Shown here in pieces: positions 34,171 through 39,723 of a stretch of DNA of 39,723 bases. Position numbers and translations under genes: made by a program. Origin of the DNA: a virus (lineage: Duplodnaviria > Caudoviricetes); the IMG/VR virus record IMGVR_UViG_3300048577_000433, positions 1 through 39,723 of that record. The stretch is one strand, 5' to 3'. How positions within the stretch are numbered: position 1 is the first letter of the stretch; each line of letters opens with the position of its first letter. Under the pieces are notes generated by a model. The model did not search any database, was not told the DNA's origin, and saw nothing but the letters and a program-made list of their open reading frames with translations.

Positions 34171-35094
34171 ATGCCTGACCTGATTTCCACCGTGCCCGGA
34201 GACATCGGCAGCGGCGGGCCGGCCATGCCGGCGGCGGCTCCCGATCCGCAACCGGGCCCGGAGTCCGGGACTCCCACTCCCGGCCCAGGGCCGGCCACGC
34301 CGCCGCCCAGCGCGCCCGACAACGGCGATCCCGGCAAATCCGGGGCCCCGGCCCTGGCCTCCGACACGCCGCCCGATCCCAAGCCCGCCGCCGCCCCGAC
34401 GCCGGCCGCGCCGCCGGCTCCCGTTGAATCGCCCGAAGTGCTGGGTCTGCGCGCGCAGGTGGAACAGCTGACCCAACTGGTCGGCCAACTCATGCCGTCC
34501 AAAGCAGAGACGCCTGCGGCTCCGGCCCGGGACTTCGCGGCGGAAAAGGCTGCTCTGGACGCCGACTTCAAGGCCGAAAAGCTCGACACCACCACCTACA
34601 TGGCGAAGGTCACGGCCCTGGCTACTGAGCAGGCCAAGGCCGATGCCCTGGCCGTGGTCAGCCAGGGGAACCACAACACCGTTCAGGCGGTACAGGCCGA
34701 GCTGAAAAAGGCCCAGGACAACGCGTCCTGGAAGGCCCTGTGCGAGGCCCATCCCGGGCTGCAGGGCTTCGAGCGGACGCCCGAGTTCGCCGCGCTCAAG
34801 GCTGCGAACCCTCTTCATGATCCCCTTTCGGCCTTCCTGACGCACCAGCTCACCGAGACCAAAGCCGCCACCGAAAAGGCCGTGGCCGACGCGGTGAAGG
34901 CCAAGGAAAAGGAGATGGTCGAGGCAATCCGGGCCAAAGGCCATGCGGCCGTGCTCGGAAACCCCGGCGGCCAGGCCCCCAAGGCCGGCGTCGATTTCGA
35001 CGCCATGCTCAAGGAACCGGATAAATATGGCGGACTGGCCGCCGTGCAAGCGGCCAAGCTCAAGCACCAGCGGGCCAGTGTCGGCGCGCAATAA
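34171..35094 (+). CDS. Scaffolding protein
   Basis: Pro/Ala-rich N-terminus, helical remainder, immediately upstream of the capsid gene. Confidence 0.78.
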   Translation: MPDLISTVPGDIGSGGPAMPAAAPDPQPGPESGTPTPGPGPATPPPSAPDNGDPGKSGAPALASDTPPDPKPAAAPTPAAPPAPVESPEVLGLRAQVEQLTQLVGQLMPSKAETPAAPARDFAAEKAALDADFKAEKLDTTTYMAKVTALATEQAKADALAVVSQGNHNTVQAVQAELKKAQDNASWKALCEAHPGLQGFERTPEFAALKAANPLHDPLSAFLTHQLTETKAATEKAVADAVKAKEKEMVEAIRAKGHAAVLGNPGGQAPKAGVDFDAMLKEPDKYGGLAAVQAAKLKHQRASVGAQ

Positions 35095-35106
35095 AGGAGA
35101 GACCCT

Positions 35107-36075
35107 ATGCTGACCTTTGAAGAACTCGAAAGCATCACCAGCGACTATTTTGCTGCCGCTGACGGCCAGGCCGTGGACATTTATTGGCGCGAATCCTTCC
35201 TTCTCGACCTGCTCATGAATAAAAAACGGGGGCTGTTCGAACGTCCTTCCGGCGGCCTTCACATCCGCATTCCCCTCAACTATTCCGGTGCCGAAGGCGG
35301 CTTTTTCTCCCGCTCCACCCCTCTGTCCAGCGACGACCGCGAGTCCATCAACGCCGCCTCGTTCAACTGGAAGCACGCTTACGGCAACGCCACCGTCTAC
35401 CTGACCGACGAGCTGGTCAGCAACGGCGATATCGCCTCCGTCCAATTCGTCAACCAGCGGATCGAAAACGCCCAGAAAACCTGCTCCGGCTGGCTGGCGA
35501 AGACCCTGTATGCCGACGGCTCCGACATCGCGCCGACCCTGACCGGCCTTGGCTCCTTGGTCAGCACCGATACCAGCCGGCCCTACGGCGGCATCGCCGA
35601 GAAAGACATGGTGGCCGAAGACGGTTCGACTCCCTGGCACGCCGTTTATGACGCCACGGCCGAAGCCATCAGCCTGGAGGTTCTGCAGACCATGCGTTCC
35701 TCGGCAAAGCTGGGCGACGGGGCCACCGGCAAGCCCAACGTGTCCGTCACCACCGAGGCGCTCTACAACAAGGTTTCCCGCATCCTCCAGATCCAGCAGC
35801 GGTTCGTGAAGGATGAAGACACGGCCAAAGCCGGATTCACCCACCTCGTCTACGAAGGCATGACCCTGGCCGCCGACGACTACTGCCCCGCCGGTCATTG
35901 CTACGCCTTGAACACCAACTACCTGGGCTTCGCCATCCACCAGGATGGCTTTTTCAAGCGTATCCCTTGGGCCGATCTGATCGGTCCCGTCGGCCGTACC
36001 ATGAAGATTCTCTGGCACGGCAACCTTATCTGCTCCAACCGCAAGGCCCACGCCTGCCACGCGAACCTGAACTAA
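35107..36075 (+). CDS. Major capsid protein
   Basis: 322 aa after the scaffold; GGLHIRIPL...AASFNWKHAYG, AGFTHLVYEG...DDYCP, WHGNLICSNR typical of HK97-fold capsids; AAGGAG RBS. Confidence 0.9.
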   Translation: MLTFEELESITSDYFAAADGQAVDIYWRESFLLDLLMNKKRGLFERPSGGLHIRIPLNYSGAEGGFFSRSTPLSSDDRESINAASFNWKHAYGNATVYLTDELVSNGDIASVQFVNQRIENAQKTCSGWLAKTLYADGSDIAPTLTGLGSLVSTDTSRPYGGIAEKDMVAEDGSTPWHAVYDATAEAISLEVLQTMRSSAKLGDGATGKPNVSVTTEALYNKVSRILQIQQRFVKDEDTAKAGFTHLVYEGMTLAADDYCPAGHCYALNTNYLGFAIHQDGFFKRIPWADLIGPVGRTMKILWHGNLICSNRKAHACHANLN

Positions 36076-36116
36076 TCCTCATCAGCTAAGCGTCCTCGTC
36101 TAAAGGAGAAATCGCC

Positions 36117-36836
36117 ATGTCCACGCCCATCAAAAACATGTTCAGCCACGGCCTGTTCGAGGCCAAGGCCACCACGCCGGAAGCCCTCGGCACCCTGCGC
36201 ATCCTGGCCGATGGCCGAAAGTTCCGCCTGGCCAAGGCCGGCGCCGCCGCGCTCTCCCCGGGCAAGCTGGCCGTAGCCCCGGACGCCGTGGCCAACCACA
36301 TCAACCTGACCGGCTCCGCGATCAAGGTCGGCGAAAGCCGAGTGCCCGTGACCGTCGGTGCCACGGCCGTCACGGACGGTCAGTACGTGGGCGGTTTCCT
36401 GCAGATCAACGCCGGGACCGGAGCCGGCATGCAGTACAAAATCCAGTCGCACGGCACCTGCGCCGCCTCGGGCGTCCTGGTGGTGGTCCTGGAGGAACCC
36501 ATCCGCGTGGCACTGGACGCCACTTCCAAGCTGTCCCTGATTCCCTGCCCCTGGAACGACACCGTGGAATCGGCCACGGAGGAAAACCTTCCCGTGGGCA
36601 TCACTCTGTGCCCGGTTCCGGCCGGGTACTTCTACTGGGCCCAGACCTCGGGCCAAGCCGTCGCCCTGATCGCCGGCACCCCGGCCAAGGGCACCATGCT
36701 CGTTCCCGGAGCCACGGCCGGCAGCCTCGCCGCCATGAACGCTACCCTGGACATCGATCAGCCCGTGGTCGCCACCATGGGGCACACCGCCGGTGTGGAC
36801 GGCCAGTACAAGCCGGTCCTGCTGGCCATCGAATAA
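36117..36836 (+). CDS. Capsid decoration/cement-like protein
   Basis: Directly after the capsid gene; DGRKFRLAKAG and YFYWAQTSG; Gly/Ala/Thr-rich beta composition. Confidence 0.68.
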   Translation: MSTPIKNMFSHGLFEAKATTPEALGTLRILADGRKFRLAKAGAAALSPGKLAVAPDAVANHINLTGSAIKVGESRVPVTVGATAVTDGQYVGGFLQINAGTGAGMQYKIQSHGTCAASGVLVVVLEEPIRVALDATSKLSLIPCPWNDTVESATEENLPVGITLCPVPAGYFYWAQTSGQAVALIAGTPAKGTMLVPGATAGSLAAMNATLDIDQPVVATMGHTAGVDGQYKPVLLAIE

Positions 36837-36845
36837 GGAGCCGCC

Positions 36846-37082
36846 ATGTCCATCACTGCCACGCAGACCGGCGAGACCAACGAGGGGAACATGCGGACCT
36901 GTTTCGGCACGTTCACCAACATCGGGACGTCCGGGACCATCAACACGGGCCTGTCCAGCGCGATCAAGCGCGCGACCGTCACCGGGGCCGAGACGCTGGC
37001 CGATGCCGGTGGCGGCGTGCTCGCTGTCACGCTGCCGGCCACGGCCACGTCCGGTTTTTGGGAAGCCTCGGGGGACTGCTAG
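36846..37082 (+). CDS. Small virion protein
   Basis: 78 aa, Thr/Gly-rich, AAGGAG RBS. Confidence 0.65.
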   Translation: MSITATQTGETNEGNMRTCFGTFTNIGTSGTINTGLSSAIKRATVTGAETLADAGGGVLAVTLPATATSGFWEASGDC

Positions 37083-37808
37083 ATGCCCGCCGGCAGCGTC
37101 ACCATGCCCCAGGCGGCGGCCGAGGGCGTCAAGTGCGCCCACACGGACACGCTGCACCAACTCGCCCAGGAGGTGCTGGACATCGTGGACGACCCGTCCA
37201 TCGGCGAGCCCAGCGTGGTGCAGTGGGTCAACCGCTGCCTGGGGCGCACCATCTTGGAGCTGGCCAGGCGGCGGGTCTATCTGCCGTCGCTGGCTGCATC
37301 AGGCGAGGTGGAGACCATGGCCGCCACTGAGGTCGTGGCGCTGCCGGCGGACTGGCATGACAATCTCCATGGAGCGTGGGACGTGACCACGGGCCGGGCC
37401 ATCATGGTCCGGCCTTGGCCGGTGTTGCAGCGCCTGAGAGGCCCCGGCCCGGTTCGGCACGGTCAGATCATGGCCGTGGCGTCGTTTGCCCGCCAGCTCC
37501 GTTACTGGACTGTCCCCCACTCGCCCCTCAGGATCGCGATTCAGTACCACCGCCAACCGACCCCGCTGGCAGCCGGAACGGACAAGCTCTTGGAACTCCC
37601 GGTCGAAATCGCCACGGACATGGTGCTCGATTTCTGCTGCGCCGAGGGATTTAGCCGCATCGAGCAGGAGCAAAACGACGGCAAGAGCAACACGGCCTAT
37701 CACCGAAACCGCTATGTCGAGGCTGTGGATGCGCTGGCGCTTCAGCTCGGTCCGTGGCCCGAACCGGCAGCGGAAATCAACGACATCATGGGTTGGGGGG
37801 GGCTGTGA
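37083..37808 (+). CDS. Putative head-tail adaptor protein
   Basis: VVQWVNRCL, VALPADW, IQYHRQPTPL, ELP pattern and position. Confidence 0.65.
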   Translation: MPAGSVTMPQAAAEGVKCAHTDTLHQLAQEVLDIVDDPSIGEPSVVQWVNRCLGRTILELARRRVYLPSLAASGEVETMAATEVVALPADWHDNLHGAWDVTTGRAIMVRPWPVLQRLRGPGPVRHGQIMAVASFARQLRYWTVPHSPLRIAIQYHRQPTPLAAGTDKLLELPVEIATDMVLDFCCAEGFSRIEQEQNDGKSNTAYHRNRYVEAVDALALQLGPWPEPAAEINDIMGWGGL

Positions 37809-38716
37809 TCGCCTTGCGGTTCGGCCCTTGCCTGGGCCTCAACACCGTGTCCGCACCCGAGGCCCTGACTTACGATGGTCAGACAAAGGCTTGGGAGGCG
37901 GCGTCCCTGGTCAACCTCGACGTGATAGACGGCGGCCGGCGGTCGAAGCTGCGGCCTGGCTATTCTCTGGCCCAGGCTGGCGACTGGCGCGACGGTTTTA
38001 CAGCTCCCGACGGACGGGCCTACGCGGTCAAAGACGGCGTGCTTGTCGAAGTCCTGGCCGACCTTTCCACGCGCGCCCTGGTGGCCCTGACGACTTCCGG
38101 ACGGGTGGCCTGGGCCGCGCTCGATGACTTGGTGTTTTGGACCAACGGCGTTGAGTCCGGGATGATCCGAGCCGGCGAGGCTGCGGCATGGGGCGGCAAA
38201 ACGTACCCGGAGGCCTCCGAGGCCGGGCGCTATGTCTCCCCGCCCGCCGGCATGGCCCTGGTGGGATTTGCCGGCCGCATCTGGATCGGTGAGGGTAGCA
38301 TGCTCCACTACACCGACGGCGACGACGCGCAGTTCTACCAGGACGCGGCCAACTACCTCGAAATGCCGGCAGACATCACGGTCCTGGCTCCGGTGGATGA
38401 CGGCTTGTACGTCGGCACCACGGCCGGGACCTGGTTCCTGGCCGGCTCTGATCCGACCACCGGCATGCCCATGGTGCAGGTGTCGAGTGACCCGGCAACG
38501 CCCTGCACGTCGGTGCCCATCCGCTCGGATGAGGTCACGCAAAAGTACAACCCGGCTGGTGCAGCCATCTGGACGAGCCGACACGGCATCGTTTTCGGCC
38601 TGAGCAGCGGGATCGTCCTGCAACCAACCAAAGACAGGGTGGCGCTCGACGCGCCGGCTCAATACGGGGCAGCCTGCCTCGTCGGGCGTCGGTACGTCGT
38701 GTTGCTGCACCCATAG
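37805..38716 (+). CDS. Putative head-closure/tail stabilisation beta-propeller protein
   Basis: GLNTV...NLDV...LRPGY start, all-beta pattern, GTGA coupling. Confidence 0.6.
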   Translation: MIALRFGPCLGLNTVSAPEALTYDGQTKAWEAASLVNLDVIDGGRRSKLRPGYSLAQAGDWRDGFTAPDGRAYAVKDGVLVEVLADLSTRALVALTTSGRVAWAALDDLVFWTNGVESGMIRAGEAAAWGGKTYPEASEAGRYVSPPAGMALVGFAGRIWIGEGSMLHYTDGDDAQFYQDAANYLEMPADITVLAPVDDGLYVGTTAGTWFLAGSDPTTGMPMVQVSSDPATPCTSVPIRSDEVTQKYNPAGAAIWTSRHGIVFGLSSGIVLQPTKDRVALDAPAQYGAACLVGRRYVVLLHP

Positions 38717-38725
38717 GAGGAAGTC

Positions 38726-39184
38726 ATGGCGCTTCGTCTTTCCACCGGCCTTCGCAATATGCTGCTTGGTACGTCCAGTTTCAAAACGATCATGCAAAAC
38801 GGCGTGATCCGCATCTTCCCCGGCGTGCAGCCGGCCACGGCTGACGACGGCGAAGGGGCCACGCCTCTGCTCGAAATAACCGTCTCTTCCGGAGCGTTCA
38901 CCCCGGGCACGGCCACGAACGGGCTGAACTTCGCCGCCCCGGCTTCCGGAGCCTGCGCCAAAGCGGCCGGCGAAGTCTGGTCCGGCGCGGCCACGAGTTC
39001 GGGCACGGCCGGCTGGTTCCGGTTCTACGCCAACGATCGCACCACCGGGGCCGACACGACTCACGCCCGCTTCGACGGCTCGGTGTCCACTTCGGGTGCC
39101 CAGCTCAACATGAGCTCCACGGCCATCACCGCCGGCGCCACCACCACCATCGACAGCTTCGTGGTTACCATGCCGGCTTCCTAG
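38726..39184 (+). CDS. Virion/tail structural protein
   Basis: MALRLSTGLRNMLL...GTAGWFRF...RFDGSV; AGGAGG RBS. Confidence 0.7.
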   Translation: MALRLSTGLRNMLLGTSSFKTIMQNGVIRIFPGVQPATADDGEGATPLLEITVSSGAFTPGTATNGLNFAAPASGACAKAAGEVWSGAATSSGTAGWFRFYANDRTTGADTTHARFDGSVSTSGAQLNMSSTAITAGATTTIDSFVVTMPAS

Positions 39185-39210
39185 GCCGACCTTACGATCA
39201 GGGCGGAACC

Positions 39211-39723
39211 ATGGGCAAATACGACGATCCGAATCTCTATCTCCCTGACGGCCAAGGCCTGATCCGATTCCCGGCCCAGGACCGCTGGATTCTGCGAGGA
39301 GACGAGAGACAGGCCGACACGCTGCGTGGCGCCGCCCTGCAACTCAAAGCCGGCCTGGACCAGGGCAACGTCAACGCGCTCAACCAGTGCAGCGCGATGC
39401 GGCGGTACGATGACGGATCAGTCATCGAGGTGCGAAAGAATTACAACTTCTACGAGCTGAACATCTACTGTCCACACGTCCCAGGGCCGCAGGAAGCACA
39501 GCCGATCCAGATTGTGCCACCGCTTGAGCCGGGGCAGTTTTTTTGGGTCCCTGGGTGTTTTGCTCGGTACGGTTTCCAGGAAGGGCAGGAACTGCACAAC
39601 GAGATTCTGCTGAAGGCTGGAAGCCTCGACGGCGATACGTCGAACGAGGGGTTTGGGACCGTCTTCGAAAATCTGGACGACGTCGGCCTGCCGCCTCCGG
39701 GGACTTCGCCGGATGGTTCCATT
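39211..39723 (+). CDS. Partial CDS (probable tail protein), runs off the window
   Basis: Open frame MGKYDDPNLYLPDGQGLIRF... to the window end with no stop. Confidence 0.65.
   Translation, partial: MGKYDDPNLYLPDGQGLIRFPAQDRWILRGDERQADTLRGAALQLKAGLDQGNVNALNQCSAMRRYDDGSVIEVRKNYNFYELNIYCPHVPGPQEAQPIQIVPPLEPGQFFWVPGCFARYGFQEGQELHNEILLKAGSLDGDTSNEGFGTVFENLDDVGLPPPGTSPDGSI

Larger units (their letters stand above)
1..39723. mobile_element. Temperate prophage (left part; continues beyond the window)
   Basis: Ordered modules: integrase, early genes, cI/cro switch, replication, lysis, terminase, portal, scaffold, capsid, head completion. No att site visible; the window begins at the integrase stop codon. 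Confidence 0.97.

Noticed and set aside
34215-34430. Pro/Ala-rich low-complexity repeats
   Set aside because: Ordinary disordered N-terminus of a scaffolding protein.
33757-36060. 767-aa minus-strand ORF and similar long antisense ORFs (30783-32219, 36072-37160, 37742-39064, 27654-28541)
   Set aside because: Shadows of well-supported plus-strand structural genes caused by GC3 codon bias; no motifs.

Overview
The window is the left ~40 kb of a GC-rich temperate prophage. The host is probably Desulfovibrio/Solidesulfovibrio-like, inferred from gene content only. It starts at the stop codon of a tyrosine integrase. A leftward early operon follows (excisionase-like, HNH, ASCH, Lar-like, DUF5131, recombination pair, CI-like HTH, tRNA-Ala). 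Next come a cargo block that is AT-rich from ~14150 to 17200, the cI/cro switch, and a rightward methylation/replication module. The lysis cassette, terminase, portal, scaffold, capsid and first head-completion genes close the window, and the last gene runs off the end. The most striking feature is a second, intact copy of the major capsid gene and its downstream partner gene in the EARLY leftward operon (6400-8078). It is about 60-65% identical by eye to the late capsid protein but lacks 16 residues at the predicted E-loop tip, making it a candidate capsid decoy or assembly-interference system. Other notable items: a cytosine methyltransferase with a second, repeat-containing polypeptide in an overlapping frame; a tRNA-like RNA in the PL leader; a GHKL kinase + STAS + membrane protein cassette; a PilX-like beta-helix minor pilin; and an integrase with an HNH/zinc-ribbon tail. 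All calls come from reading motifs; no database search was run.
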